A DNA stretch of 64,000 bases from the human T2T-CHM13v2.0 reference genome, Homo sapiens (GCF_009914755.1 NC_060929.1), one strand, 5' to 3'; shown: positions 32,460 through 48,692, counted from the stretch's first letter. A program made the numbers and translations. The notes: a model not told the origin generated them from the sequence alone.

Positions 32460-33499
32460 GTATTCGGCAGCTTTGAATTTCTACTGAAGATTTTCACATG
32501 CTACAATTCATCCTGGGTTCTTCCCTCCTTTAACAACATTTTCATTAAAAACAAATTATGTGATCAGAAGAGCATTTAAACGCAACATCTTTGTATTATA
32601 TCTTCTGCACCTGATTAGATCCCCACTTTTTTTTTTTTTTTTTTTAAAGAGGTCTTCCAACTGGAGTGCAGGTATGCGATTATAGCTCACTGCAGCTGGG
32701 ACTGCAGGTATATGCCACCATGCCCAGCTAATTTTTAAAATTTTATTTCTGTAGAGATGAGGTCTTGCCACGTTGCTCAGCCTGGTCTCAAACTCCTGGC
32801 CTCAAGCGGTCCTTCAACCTTGGCTTCCCAAAGCGCTGGGATTACAGGCATGAGCCACTGTGCCCAGCCAGATCTCCAGATCTGTGGGCATTCAGTAATG
32901 GTACTGGGATCATAGCAATGACCAAGGCAGACTATAAAACAGGAAGATGAAATATGGGGGTGTAACAAATTACCTAGTGTGTTGTTGTTTTAAAGAAACC
33001 TGTTCTGTCAAAACCTGCTAATGACTCAGCATTCTTGGAAAATGTTCCTTGTCATGAGGCCGCTCTGCTTTCTATCTTTGAAAGTTGGGTGAAGAACAGC
33101 TTAAGGGAAGACACAGGAGAGCTGTGGATACAGGTAGCTTAGTGTCTGCAGCTCCTACTAGCCAGGCCTGGAGGGCAGAGGAGATGAGAGAAGAATCTTT
33201 GTGAAGAAGCTGTATTATAGGCTAGGGGACCAACCAAGTTCATTCTTAATTTTCCCAGATTCTTCAGTTGTTGGAATACGTTTTTTAATTCTTCACTGTG
33301 GTTCATTGAGTTATAACTTATTTGCTGTTTTATTCATGCAAGTGCTTTTACTGCTGTATGTAGCCCAGAATTTGAGAAATGTTGCTTGGATGGACAGCTA
33401 GAATCAGTGGCTTTTTGACAACCTTTCGTGTAATTAAATATAGCATTACAGAAGCAGTTTTATTCTTAAGTGTCCGTGGACTTTTCTTTTTCTCTTCAG

Positions 33500-33662
33500 C
33501 CTTATGTTTGATCATCGGCCAAGGTCCTGGCGAGAACTGCCTCTGCGGCTAGCTGATTTTGGGGTACTTCATAGGAACGAGCTGTCTGGAGCACTCACAG
33601 GACTCACCCGGGTACGAAGATTCCAACAGGATGATGCTCACATATTCTGTGCCATGGAGCAG
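33500..33662 (+). CDS. TARS1: TARS1 exon 12 (class II motif 2: [24 protein letters not shown])
   Basis: CTTCAG| ... CAG|GTATGA; 163 nt. Confidence 0.97.
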
Positions 33663-33755
33663 GTATGAGACCCTGGGAATAAAATACTTAGAAAGAAGAG
33701 TCAAGAAAGTCAAGGAAAATAACTACTGTTTCTTTTTTTGTTTTTTAATTTGAAG

Positions 33756-33893
33756 ATTGAAGATGAAATAAAAGGTTGTTTGGATTTTCTACGTACGGTA
33801 TATAGCGTATTTGGATTTTCTTTTAAACTAAACCTTTCTACTCGCCCAGAAAAATTCCTTGGAGATATCGAAGTATGGGATCAAGCTGAGAAA
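33756..33893 (+). CDS. TARS1: TARS1 exon 13 (IEDEIKGC...[10 protein letters not shown])
   Basis: TGAAG| ... AAA|GTAAGT; 138 nt. Confidence 0.96.
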
Positions 33894-34264
33894 GTAAGTG
33901 GTGTTTTTCAGCGTGCTTTTGAATACTGTTTGAAATTGGCTTGTTCTGAGATGTAAGAAAGCCAAGCCTCTTTAAATGGATAAAAGCAAAATGAAATTGG
34001 AAATGGTTCCTAGGTTTGTGTAAGCTAGTTTTTTTCTTTATGATTGTGTATTTTTGAAATGGTTGAATGTTTTCATGACTTTTTTCAGTTATCAAGCTAT
34101 AAGCTTTAAAAAGGGGTTGGTATGAGCATATGTTCAGGTGGACAAAATTCTAAAGCAGAGAATATTGATCTATGAAAGTAATTACTGTATTTTTAGTCTC
34201 AAATTAGGCTAAAAGAAGGGAAATTGCGATGAAAAAAATAAAAATCATTTTGCTTTATCCTCAG

Positions 34265-34342
34265 CAACTTGAAAACAGTCTGAATGAATTTGGTGAAAAG
34301 TGGGAGTTAAACTCTGGAGATGGAGCTTTCTATGGCCCAAAG
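34265..34342 (+). CDS. TARS1: TARS1 exon 14 (...GDGAFYGPK)
   Basis: CCTCAG| ... AAG|GTGAGC; 78 nt. Confidence 0.97.
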
Positions 34343-34503
34343 GTGAGCACTAAAGTACATTTGGGTAATATGATTTTCACTTGTGGATGAAGAAGATACG
34401 ACTTCGAAAAAAGTTGGAAAAAAGAAAATCAGCCCTAATCCAACTATTGAGCTCCACTTTAGTATCACTGGCATTTTATAATAACCCAGTCTTTGCTTCT
34501 TAG

Positions 34504-34604
34504 ATTGACATACAGATTAAAGATGCGATTGGGCGGTACCACCAGTGTGCAACCATCCAGCTGGATTTCCAGTTGCCCATCAGATTTAATCTTACTTATG
34601 TAAG
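34504..34604 (+). CDS. TARS1: TARS1 exon 15 ([12 protein letters not shown])
   Basis: TCTTAG| ... AG|GTGAGT; 101 nt. Confidence 0.97.
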
Positions 34605-34696
34605 GTGAGTTTCTGGTGTCTGCTCTGAATATTCTCCAGGGATATATAAGAGAAAATATATATAATAAGACAAAACAATTTTTTTTTTCTTTATAG

Positions 34697-34801
34697 CCAT
34701 GATGGTGATGATAAGAAAAGGCCAGTGATTGTTCATCGAGCCATCTTGGGATCAGTGGAAAGAATGATTGCTATCCTCACAGAAAACTATGGGGGCAAAT
34801 G
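34697..34801 (+). CDS. TARS1: TARS1 exon 16 (motif 3: [10 protein letters not shown])
   Basis: TTATAG| ... TG|GTAATT; 105 nt. Confidence 0.97.
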
Positions 34802-36350
34802 GTAATTTTTGTCACTGTCTTTTTTTTCTGATTAGTATAAATTGGCTACAAGAAATGTCTACTTTTCGATTTAATTATCAGATGGAAAGGGAGAATGATT
34901 CCAATCGGTTGCTTCTAACTAACGACAAGTGTTCATTAAAAAATAAGGAATCACAATCTAAACACAAACTTTTTAGCATTAAGAACAATTGCTAATAGTA
35001 ATTACTTTAATTCCAGAACTTGATTTGTTTGGATGTTGTGTAATACTTTCTAATTAGGAATTAGTATTCTGTAAGAAGTATACTTACTGTTTTGGATGCT
35101 TTTCTAGTAACTTTGTTTTGGGATTTAGATGGCTTTGCTGGTTTTACATAGATAAATGAGGAGGCTTATGGCTTTCTTCGTTCAGCCTTGCTAATCATAA
35201 CAAGCAGGTATTTGGACATGTTTTAAAAGCCAAGCATTTTTTAAAACAGATGCCAAACCGATCAACATTTGTGATTCATTTCTGTGAGGTTAAGTAAGTT
35301 TTTGTTTCCAAGATACATGGCCACATAACTTTCATCTTAATTCTTAAGCAGTTTTTTCTGGACCCACAGTGCATTTGAAAGCAGCACAGGGTTATAAAAG
35401 CACCCGTGTGTAGAGCCTTCCATATTAATCATATTGATTTAAAACTTTTGTAAAATGACGTACATTGGTTTAATCTTACACATTACTGTCATTTCAGTTT
35501 TATTTGAACTTGGTTACTTCAGAAATTAGGACAGTTTCTCATTCTGATCAATGATACAAGATAATCTCTAGATTTCTCAAAGTCAGATAAAATGTGAGAC
35601 ACATTCTCTGCAAGGTATTTCAAGAATTAAGGGAGTCCTCAGCTAATTGCTCTGCTAAACCTGTTTTAGGTGGGGAAAAGTCCATGATTAGGGTAGAATT
35701 TAGTGCCTACTTTAGCCTTTTGCCTGATACAACAGAACAACTGAAAATAGAGGAATGATGGAGAAAAACATTAGCCTGATGTTTGCAGCATCAGAAGCAT
35801 TTGACACTTGTATTGCTTCAAAGGGAGAATTGGATGGGCTTATTTTTTAATAAGTAGTGAAAACTCTGATTTTTACCAAGTGCCATAACCAGTTATTATC
35901 AATTACAATTTGCTGAATGATACAAAATGGATGTTGAGTAAACTGAGGGCACTGTGTCCCCGTGAAGAATAAGTAATAAAATGAACAATTAATCACTACA
36001 TGCAGTTATTAAATCATTTGTTACCTCCTCTCACAGCCAATACACAGTGTTTTGTGATGTATTAAAGTGTGAGGCCTAGTCCTATCCTCAATTTGCTTTG
36101 CTATCTACTTAGCAAGACAAATTGTAGTTACAGGCTTTCCTTACGTAGGGTTAGTTTTCTTCTCCTGCATCTCCTCGCCTTAATCTTTATTGGATAGGTC
36201 TTTTCATTTTGGGGTTTTTTAAAGCCAAGTTTTAAAAGTAGTCGTTACATGTTCCAGGAAAAGATACTGAAGAGTAGAGTAAGAAATATGCTGTCCCTGT
36301 TTAGTGAATATGCCCACATCTACACTGAATATTTTTATTCTCTTCCAAAG

Positions 36351-36423
36351 GCCCTTTTGGCTGTCCCCTCGCCAGGTAATGGTAGTTCCAGTGGGACCAA
36401 CCTGTGATGAATATGCCCAAAAG
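36351..36423 (+). CDS. TARS1: TARS1 exon 17 (PFWLSPRQV...)
   Basis: CCAAAG| ... AAG|GTAAGC; 73 nt. Confidence 0.97.
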
Positions 36424-37234
36424 GTAAGCCTTAGATATGAATTTTCTTTCAATTTAACATCTGTTGTTCAGCTTTTCAAATCACATAAGCCCTGTATTCT
36501 TGGTGAATCGAGCTGTTGTGATAAAGAGAAATGTTACTATTTTTAATCTTTGTTAAGCCTGAATAGATTATATTACTTCTTTAATGCTTTTCTCCATGAT
36601 TCCATAATCAGAAGACATATTTGGATAGTGTTTTATGTACACTTGTATATTTTATTGTATTTGTTTTAAGAGATGGGATCTTTCTCTTGCCCCAACTGGA
36701 GTGCAGTAGTACAGTCATGGCTCACTGTAACCTCAAACTCCTGGGCTCACGCAGTCCTCCCACCTTGGCCTCCCGAGTAGCAGTGACTACAGGCAGGAGC
36801 CACCATACCCAGTTACACTTGTATATTTTAGTATTTAGTATTTTAAAAAACCAGATTAGCAGATATCAGGTACTTCAGTATGGTAGGTAAATTCCCGTTC
36901 AAAATACAGTTTAGGCTGCTCTTTGACTCAGTGAGTAATTTTGCTTCATTTTAATGTAAATTTCTTCAGGTAGTTGAAATTTTTTCAGGTTAATAGTATA
37001 GCAGACCAATGTCTTGCCTCTCTACCAAAAAAACTAACTTACCAACAAATGTATAGCCATTCATAACTTCACTTTAAAGCATTGTTCTGCCATAGTGAAA
37101 ATTCCATACTAAGGAATTTCAAATTATTAAAAGTTGATGAGTGAACAATACTGTAACATCAAAACCATCATGTCTTCAGACCATCAGAATAAACCACACT
37201 CAGTTCTTAATTACCCTTAAGAAATAAATGAACT

Positions 37235-37741
<507 letters not shown>

Positions 37742-39471
37742 TCAGACTATTCCTGTTACTGCACTCAGTAGTTTTAGTTACAAATGATGACAATCAAAGT
37801 TATGTTCCATGGTTGAGTGCACTTTGTCTTATTTGTATGTGAAAACTCACACAGTAGGAAGAAGTTCTGTATTGGTTAACTGAGTTCTCAACTGGAGACA
37901 GCACTGACTTCCCCATTTCCCTTTGCGGGTAGGTGGCATTCCAGATTATGTGGTGGTAAGCTTTTCTTTTGCGGGGAGAGAAGACAGGGCAGTACTCCTG
38001 ATACCTAATAACTATAGAGCAGACATGTTAAACACCCTGTAATTATCAGGCCACTTCCCCAACTGCAGAATTGCCCATCTCACGTGCACACACAGGACCC
38101 ATGTTGAGAAAAATGAAGAAACTGATGCCTTATTCTTTAAAGTAGTTATAAGTTGAAGATGTAGACCTATCTTGGCATTCTAAAATTCTGTAACAACCCT
38201 TCTGAAATGGGTGTAATAAAATGTCAACAGGTTAATTGGTTCGTGATCACTGTGGCTTAAAAATCTAGTTAAAATGCTAAGACTTGTGCACAGTATAGGC
38301 AAAGTCACTTAGATTGTTTCAAAAAGTATGCCTTATAGAAATAAACATTTGACATACATAAATAACCCTTGGTTTACACATAACTCGCATTTGAGAAATG
38401 AATGTGTTGTAGATCATTTAGAATCTTTTTCAATCAAAAATTGAAAGAAATATTTCGTCACCCAGGTCAACCAGAGATTGCTGGTTTTACTCATGATACT
38501 TAAGTAGAGTATGATAGTTACTATTTCACCTTCAGCTGTACTTAAGATGTTTTCCTGGAAAAATTCATTCTGCTTTCTGACCAGGATTTCCAGAAACTCT
38601 GACCCTTCTAAGAGGTCTGGGTGGAATTGTGATGGTGATTCTGCTAGTAGACAGTGTAACTTCTGCGTCTACAAAAAGAGGATAGGCCGTCACTGCTCAC
38701 ATGGCTTTGCGTGAAAGCCCAATGGTACTGTCTCTATGGCAGAGATGAGGAAGGAACACCAGCGTCCTCCAACTTTCCTGTTCTTCCTTTGGGTTAATGG
38801 CCACTGTAAGGAAACAGTTTTCTGCCACGTGTGGGGTGATTTGAATGTAAAATGCCCAACTCTCATAGCAGGCTGAACAGAAACATTTTTTATACTCATT
38901 GTTAATTTGTTCTAATCTAAATTACTTTTAGACTATTAAATATTATTCTATTTTAAAGTTAAGGGACTAATGCCTCTGATAACCTGATTAAAAAAAAAAA
39001 CTTTCTGATACTCAGAAGTTAAGATTTATTCAGTTGAAGATCATTTCTTTCAGGTGTTGATCGTGTGATATTTTTCACATCTGTAATCTGAGGTTCATAT
39101 GAAATGATAGTGAAATAAAATTGTTCATTTAGGTCTTTTTGTCATGTTAATATGTTATCAGGTTAATGGGAAGTTTAATCTAGTTAATGTAAAATTAATA
39201 AATTGTAATCTAGTTTATTGCTTTTTTGGAAAAGAAGAATACTGAAAACATTGTTTACTTAATACACATGACCTGAGGTAATAAAGAGGAGCTGGCCTTT
39301 TTGAGGGGGGAATAATGGCAGTGAATAATATTATCTAAGACAGTTTTGCCAGCTTTAAATTCCTGGAAGTTCATCCAAGAAGTCCTGATCCCTGTGTTCA
39401 GTAAAATCATGTGAGATCAAAATATAATTCTGATTTTAGATCTGACAAATTCTGTATCTCTGTTACAATAG

Positions 39472-39586
39472 GTACGACAACAATTCCACGATGCCAAATT
39501 CATGGCAGACATTGATCTGGATCCAGGCTGTACATTGAATAAAAAGATTCGAAATGCACAGTTAGCACAGTATAACTTCATTTTAG
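39472..39586 (+). CDS. TARS1: TARS1 exon 18 (anticodon-binding domain; LNKKIRNAQ)
   Basis: CAATAG| ... G|GTAAGA; 115 nt. Confidence 0.97.
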
Positions 39587-40160
39587 GTAAGAATGGAAAC
39601 TTACCAAAGAAAATTTGCCACACCTCAGGAAAATCTACTGAAACCTTGAGACAGGTTTAAGTGAATTGTAATCAAGAATTTATTTAGTTCCTTCCAGTCC
39701 TGATTTTTTTTCTATTATATATTTTAATATATAATAACTATAAAAATAGGCTCATGCATACATACTGGGTTTTTTTTTTTTTCACTTAAATCATGGATGT
39801 CTGTGAGAAAATATTTTGCTATTATAACAAGAATGAAGACGCATTGCTTTTAAACACATCTATTGGATTACTTTCTCAAGATAATGCCTTATGTGGGATT
39901 ACTTGAAAAAAGATATTCATGATGTTTGGGGTTTTATTATTTGGTTGTTACGTTGTCTAGATTGACTCCATAAGCACAGTAGTTTTAGATATTGCAAAGA
40001 GTTTCTTTTAAATATCAACACATGGTCACTTGTACCTTTTAATGTATCAGAAGCTATGGGGTAGGTTTTGGGTCCTAGGATCATTTCTTTTCAGATGTTC
40101 AGTGTGAATTCTTCCATATCTTTAGATTAAGTCTGACAAAGCTTTGTGTGTTTGTTTTAG

Positions 40161-40309
40161 TTGTTGGTGAAAAAGAGAAAATCAGTGGCACTGTTAATAT
40201 CCGCACAAGAGACAATAAGGTCCACGGGGAACGCACCATTTCTGAAACTATCGAGCGGCTACAGCAGCTCAAAGAGTTCCGCAGCAAACAGGCAGAAGAA
40301 GAATTTTAA
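40161..40309 (+). CDS. TARS1: TARS1 exon 19 coding part (VVGEKE...QAEEEF stop)
   Basis: TTTTAG|; TAA at 40307-40309; total CDS 2172 nt = 723 aa. Confidence 0.97.
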
Positions 40310-40498
40310 TGAAAAAATTACCCAGATTGGCTCCATGGAAAAGGAGGAACAGCGTTTCCGTAAAATTGACTTTGTACTCTGAAAACGTCAATTTATATTG
40401 AACTTGGAGGAGTTTGGCAAAGTCTGAATAGGTCAACCTGCAGGCGTAACTATTTTTGACCTAGTCAGTTTTTAAACAATGTGCATTTGAAGGAGTTA

Positions 40499-40672
40499 AT
40501 TAAAAGAGAGCCAATAAAATGATTTTACTCATTCAGTATCTGAGTACTGGAAGTGAAACATGAGGAATGCTTTAGTGTAATGTGGGAGAACTTTTTTGTA
40601 AATTTAATGCAATTGAAAAAGTTTTCAAATTCAATTAAGATAACTAGAATTGGATTATGGTGTAAAAATAAA
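40499..40672 (+). terminator. TARS1: Candidate polyadenylation signals (ATTAAA 40499, AATAAA 40513, AATAAA 40667)
   Basis: Canonical hexamers 190-360 nt after the stop codon. Confidence 0.7.
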
Positions 40673-41347
40673 AAAAAAATTTATTCACATAAGTTTCAAG
40701 ACTGCTCTGTCCCTCACATGTACACATACATGCCTGAGACAGATAATGTGGTTCAGTATTTATCTTTACAGTTTTACAGCAAATATAATGCAGGGTGGAT
40801 GGAGACGGGGTAGGTCTGCAGCATCATAATGCTATTCATAAACTGGGTGTGAGCTGGGTGCTGGCTTCTCAGAGGATAAACACTTTTGGGAGTGTCATTT
40901 TTACTTAATGTTGGATGGACACCTTTTCAAACAAAAACTACCATGGATCTATTACAGAGTAGATTTGCACAAATGTTTAAGATAAAACGTGAATCTTCAG
41001 AGAAATATCTGTTTATGGCAGACTGTTCTGGACCATAGAATCACTTGGTTTACAAATTCCCTATTTTCTCATAAGGGATCATTTTCAAAATCTTCTACCA
41101 ATAAATGGTGATTGAAAGGACAGCACAAAGTAAATAATTTCTTATGTGGATAAATACTAATTCCTCCTTGTTAGAATGATATTTTAAAAGTAACATCTTT
41201 TTTTTAATTTTTTTTGAGACAAGATCCTTTGTCCCCCAGGCTGGAGTGTGGTGCCATGATCTCGGCTCACTGCAACCTCAGCCTCCCAAGTAGGTGGGAC
41301 TAAAGACATGTGCCACCATGCCTGGCTGATGTTTGTATTTTCTATAG

Positions 41348-42062
<715 letters not shown>

Positions 42063-44183
42063 CAAGGGTCACTTCAAAGAGAAGCTAATTTGCATAGATT
42101 AATTTTCACTTTAATAAAGGAGCTAAGATCTTTAATCATAGAGGGCTTTTCTTTTGAAACTTTATAATTAAGCCTTGCTTCTGAACAGCTTTAAAATTAA
42201 CTTTTGTGATAGAGTTGTAATTTTTATGTGTCTGAAAGAAACTTAATTTTATACTTAAACCAGACTCAACATTTAGAGAAGCTTTATAAATCTTTCAAAA
42301 CTTGGGATAAAAAAGTGTAATAAAGACATAGTTTAGTGGGACTGGAAATCAAAGGTTTCTCTTGATCTAACTAACACCTACTTAGCTTAGTCCTCACTTC
42401 TAGTGGAATCATTAGAGGGCCACTGTCTTGATGGGAGGGTTCTTGTGTGGGGTTTTTTTTTTTTTTTTTTTGAGACAGGGTCTTGCTCTGTCACCAAAGC
42501 TGGAGAGCAGTGGCACAGTCAGGGCGCACTGCTGCTTTAAACTCCCGGATTCAAGTGGTCCTCCCACGGCAGCCTCCCGTGTAGCTGGGACTACAGGTGC
42601 ATGCCACCACACTTGGCTAATTTTTTTTTTGTTTTATTTTTTGTAGAGATGAGGTTCCTACTATGTTGCCCAGGCTGGTCTCAAACTCGTGGGTTCAAGC
42701 AGTCTTGCTGCCTCAGCCCCACAAAGTGCTGTGATTACAGGTGAGAGCTACCACACCCAGGACCACTCTCTAAGAGCTACTATAATTGTGGGTTTACGCC
42801 ATCTAAGTTCTTATCTGTAATTTTGTTTTCCTCCCTTTCCTGGACAGTGGAGACTGATCTGCTTACAGTTCTTCATGCATCAGTTCTGGCATATAACTTG
42901 AAGATTTGAAAGAACCCAATTGCTAAGCTTTCTTGAGCATCTAGTCTATTGTGAGTTATATGGTCTTGATAATTAAATAAACAGGAACAATTTGAGAACA
43001 ATAATACCTGCAACTGCCACGTGACAAAATCTGTAAAGATAGATTTTGCGAAGTAGAGAGGTAAAACTCAAACCAGATGGTGAAAAAAGTGATGACCAGG
43101 GCAGGAAATTTGAGAAACAAGATTAAGGCTTGCCAGAAATACAGCAGTGATGTTAAGAAGGTATAAGGGTAAAGGGTGAAGTTACCTCAAATGATGGGCT
43201 GAGTTCAGAATCTTGTGTACTTCATGAATCTTGCTTCAGTTCCTCACCTTTACTACAGCGATAGACACCTGCACCTTATCTCAGGCCCCCTGCACTGTGA
43301 CTACTAGACAAATGCTTCTCAAATTACAATGGCCATATGAATCACCAGGAGATGGCGTTAAAATGCAGGCTGATTCTGTAGGTCTGGGCTGGATTGGAGA
43401 CACTGTATTAACAAGCTCCCAGTTGATGTTGAGAAACACACTTTGAATAGAAGGCCGTCATTCCCACTCTGACTGTCCTTATTCTGTTCTGCCTAAAAAA
43501 AAAAATAAAAAATAAAAAATAGGGAAAAAAGGCTTATAAGGAAACCAACTTTTTGTCCTTTTGACCTCCATCTCTCTTCCTCTTGCTGAGGCAACCACTT
43601 TCAGACACACCAGTGTATATCTCTTTTCCTATTTCTAAATACTATTGCAATCTCATTATTTTTAATAGCGATGCCCAGGCCACAGTGTGGTGGCTCATAG
43701 CTCACTGCAGCGTCAAACTCCTTAGCTCAAGCAGTCCTCCTGCCTCAGCCTCCCAAGTAGCTGGGACTACAGGTATATACCACCATGCCTGGCTAATTTT
43801 TTTGACTTTTTATTTATAGAGATGGGATCTCACTGCGTTGCCCAGGCTAGTCTTGAACTCCTGGCCTCAAATGATCTTCCCACTTCAGCCCCCAACATAG
43901 TTGAGATTGCAGGAGTGAGCCACTATGCCTGATTGTTGCTGTCTCTTTTTTCATTACTCTTAGAACCCCTCTCTTGACTTCCTGTTTCAGAAAATGAGGA
44001 ATTTATTTCACAATCTATTTCTTCCCTCCATCCTTATGATGTCATATCTCAATTTTTTGTGAAATCCATATTAGGTGCCTTTGTTATTATGACCATAAAT
44101 ATTATGCTCTAATAAGCCACGTAGTATTGTATTCTATGATTACTTTTTTTTAAAGTACTTTTCTGTATGAGTTATTGGAGTTA

Positions 44184-44945
<762 letters not shown>

Positions 44946-45647
44946 ATGACTTTTTTTCTTAACATTTGGAAGAAATTGCCCCCATTTTCCTCTGCCTTCC
45001 TGTGTTTTTATGAGGAAGCCGTTTTTATTTTCATACCTTTGTATGCCACCAGTCATTTTTTTTCTCTGAAAGATTTAGATGTCTTTTCTTGGGCCTAATA
45101 TTCTAAAATTTCATGACTGTGTCAGTCTTTTGCCTTCCGTCGTGGTGAGCAGTCTTCATTCTGGAGACCTGGATCTTTCAGTTCTAAATACTTTTGTATT
45201 TAGTCTTTGGTGGTTTCCTTCCCTACCTTGTTCTCTCCTTAATGGGCCTTCTATTATTTAGGTGTTCTATTTTAAGGGATATTTTCTTAACTTTCTCTTC
45301 CCATTTATTCTTCTATTGTGTTTTTAAATTTTTTCACCTGTATTTCTTTTTTAAGTTTTCAGTGTTTCTGTTTATATATCAATGTATCCTGTTTTGGTTA
45401 CTTGGATTGGATTTATTTCCTTAGAGCATTCATTTTAATCACATTGAAGTTTTATTCAGCATGCTGCATTTTTATTTCTTTTAAGTTTGTTTATTGATAT
45501 TTTGGTCTCTTTCATATTGTAAGCATGCCTTGAGGGCAAATAGCCTTGCTAGTTGTTGTTACCCCTCCTGCCATTTGCAGGTGCTTAAATTTGACCTTCA
45601 CTCTGTCTATTGCATCATTTTCTGATACCCCATTCACTTTCCATCTT

Positions 45648-46497
45648 ATAAACCAAAAATAAAATTCTAAGCCCCCCAATCAACTGAATGGACCCCTCCT
45701 CTCAGCCAAGGGCCTTCCAAAGTTAACCTAAAAAACGAGTTCAGGCCATAATGGGAAGGCAGTTCAGACATGCCTGATTGTACCCACCTCCCTTTGGAAT
45801 TCAGGCACAACTGACCTGCATTAACATTAAAACAGAGACCTTAACGACTGACAAAACAGTTTTTCTAGCAATAAGATACCAACATGACAGCAGGCCCTGA
45901 AAGAGATTATTTTACCCTAAAAATATATATTTCTTTGACATATTTTCAGATGGCCCTGCAGAACTGTCTGATAAGGGAAAATCTACATTCTACAGAGAAT
46001 CCCCTTCCCTTTCCAAGTCTTTAATCCCAGAGAGAATTAATTAAGAGTCTGGCACCTTTTTAAATCTTAAAAGAAAATTTTGCCATCTATTCTCTCTGAA
46101 GCCTGCTACCTGGAGGCTTTGTCTATTATACATAAGAAGGACCTTGGTCTCCACAACCCCTTATCGTAATCCAGACACTCATTTCTATTGATTCCAGGTT
46201 TTTAGATAATAACTCTTTCAACCAATTGCCAATCAGAAAATCTTTAAATCATATATAGCCTGCAAGCCCTCATCTGGCATTGTCCTCTCTTTCCATACTG
46301 AACCAATGTACATCTTACATGTATTGATTGATGTCTTATGTCTCCCTAAGATGTATAAAATCAAGCTGTAGCCTGACTACCTTGGGTACATGTTCTTAAG
46401 ATCTCTGGGGGCTGTGTTTTGGGCCAGGGTCACTCATATTTGGCTCAGAATAAGTCTCTTCAAATATTTTACAGAGTTTGACTCTTTTTGTTGGCAA
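45648..46497 (+). mobile_element. MER4-family ERV1 solo LTR
   Basis: 'taaaccaaaaataaaattctaagcccccc' ... 'ttggctcagaataa..cttcaaatattttacagagtttgactctttt'. Confidence 0.85.
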
Positions 46498-47204
46498 TCT
46501 TCAGAGATTGTGGTTTGGGGTTACAAATGTCTCCTGGCATGTCAGACTGCTTATTGCTCCACTAACTTCTTCTTGCACTCAGATTTAGTTGAGGAAGACA
46601 GTGTGCCCTAGGAGCACCCGTGAGATAGATTTGGCCAGTGAGATAGGAGTGGAAGTCCCTGGGTAGTGTTTCTTGGAAAGCTTACTAAATGGAATAAATT
46701 TTTGCCCTTTATTTGCCCTTCTTTGCCTTTCTTCCTCTTTTTGCTTAGAAGGCAATCCGGCAGCCATCTTGCAACTACAAGGTGACCATGAAAATGAAAA
46801 CCACAGGTTAGTGGAGAACAGGATGATAGAAAGAGTTTGGATTATTGATAATGTGGTGGATGCACTGAATCTACCTGGACTGCCTAATTCTGCATTTTTG
46901 TATGACAGAAATAAAAGCCAACTTCACTGAATTACTGTGGTCAGATTTCTGGTCCAAAGATGGACAACTTCTTCTGTCTTTGTTTCAAGATTAATTTTGA
47001 GCAAACAGGGTTGAAACTCCTCTGCCACAGCTGGGCCTGGTGGCTCCCGCCTGTAGTCCCAGCTTCTCAGGCCACTGAGGTGGGGGGATTGGTTGAGCCT
47101 AGGAGTTCCAGGGTATAGTGAGCTATGATTGCACCTCTGCACTCCAGCCTGGGCAACAGAGATCCTGTCTCTAAAAAAAATTGGAAATTAAAATTTTAAA
47201 AAGT

Positions 47205-47577
47205 TGTATTAGTCCATTCTCATGCTGCTATGAATAAACATCGGAGACTGAGTAATTTATAAAGCAAAGAGGTTTAATTGACTCACAGTTCCGCAGGGCT
47301 GGGGAAGCCTCAAGACACTTAAGAATCATGGTGGAAGGGGAAGCAAACACGTCCTTCTTCACATGGCAGCAGGAAGAAGAAAAATGAGCAAAAGATGGAA
47401 AAGCCTCTTATAAAACCATTAGATCTTGTGAAAACTCACTCACTATCATGAGAACAGCATAAAGGTAACCACCCCCATGATTCAATTACCTCCCACAGGG
47501 TTCCTCCCATGATGTGGGGATTATAGGAGCTACAATTCAAGATGAAATTTGGGTGGGGACACAGCCAAACCATATCA
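47205..47577 (-). mobile_element. THE1-type MaLR solo LTR
   Basis: TGTATTAGTCC...AACCATATCA; TSD AAAGT. Confidence 0.9.
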
Positions 47578-48325
47578 AAAGTCCTCTGCCATGTCTGGTC
47601 TTTTAATTCCTTTGTTCCCCAACCTTCCACCCCTGATTGTCTCCTGCCCTGTCCCCCTTTTGTTTCTCTTCCTCAATAAGCCTTAATTTCCATGGCCAAT
47701 CACTTATAAACCTCTTTTTCCAGTAATCCCAATTTCCATGCATCCATGTCCTGCTTGATTCATTGAACAAATGCTGAATGTTTCTCCAAATTCTACAGTT
47801 AAGAGACTGAGCACTGTTAGAGAAAACAGTCTAGAATTTTAAGAACTGGAGCTACTTCCAATTTGTTATCTCCAGCTTCAGCTGCACCATAATTTATCTC
47901 TATATGTAGTTTCCTTATCTAGTCCCTCAAGTCCCTCAGTAACTGTCACTACGTTCTTCAGATACCTACGTCTCCCCAAGATTGAATTTCCCTAAGAGCC
48001 TATAGAAAGCACATAACTTTATATTTTCAAATGTCACTTCACTTTTCGTCTACTCCCTGCACTATCAGCTGACTGTTTGCTTTCCTCCTACTTCATTAAA
48101 TCTAGAAACTTGTATTAGTGTTTCCCTCCTTCCCTCCAGTAAATGAGGTCTTCTCCCTCCTTTTAAGTCCAACCATTCTACTGGACCTCTCGATCCTCTG
48201 ATATAGAACCAAGGTAATGAGCTTTGGAGCCAGTTGAGTTGCTATTCTGTCTCTTCTTAGTTGGATAACCCACCATTTAATTTCTCTGAACCTCTTTACT
48301 TACCCATAAAATGTGAATAAAACCT

Positions 48326-48692
48326 TGATATGGTTTTGCTCTGTGTCCCTACCCAAATCTCAGGTGGAATTGTAATTCCTAGTGTTGGAGGAAGGGCCAG
48401 GTGGGAGGCGATTGGATCATGCGGGTGGATTTCTCCCTTGCTGTTCTTGTTATAGTGAGTTAGTTCTCACGAGAGATGGTTGTTTGAAAGTGTAGAGTAC
48501 TTCCTCTTTGTTCTCTCTTCCTCCTGCCACCACGTAAGATGTGCCTTGCTTCCCCTTTGCCTTCCACCATGATTGTAAGTTTCCTGAGGCCTCCCCAGCC
48601 ATGCGTAACTGTGAGTCAATCAAACCTCTTTTCTATATAAATTAACCAGTCTTGAGCAGTTCTTTATAGCAATGTGAGAATGGACAAATACA
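48326..48692 (+). mobile_element. MSTA-type MaLR solo LTR
   Basis: TGATATGGTTT...AATACA; TSD AACCT/TACCT. Confidence 0.9.

Noticed and set aside
37784-37883. Possible intronic C/D snoRNA (ATGATGA ... CTGA)
   Set aside because: No terminal stem or recognisable rRNA guide; such boxes are common by chance
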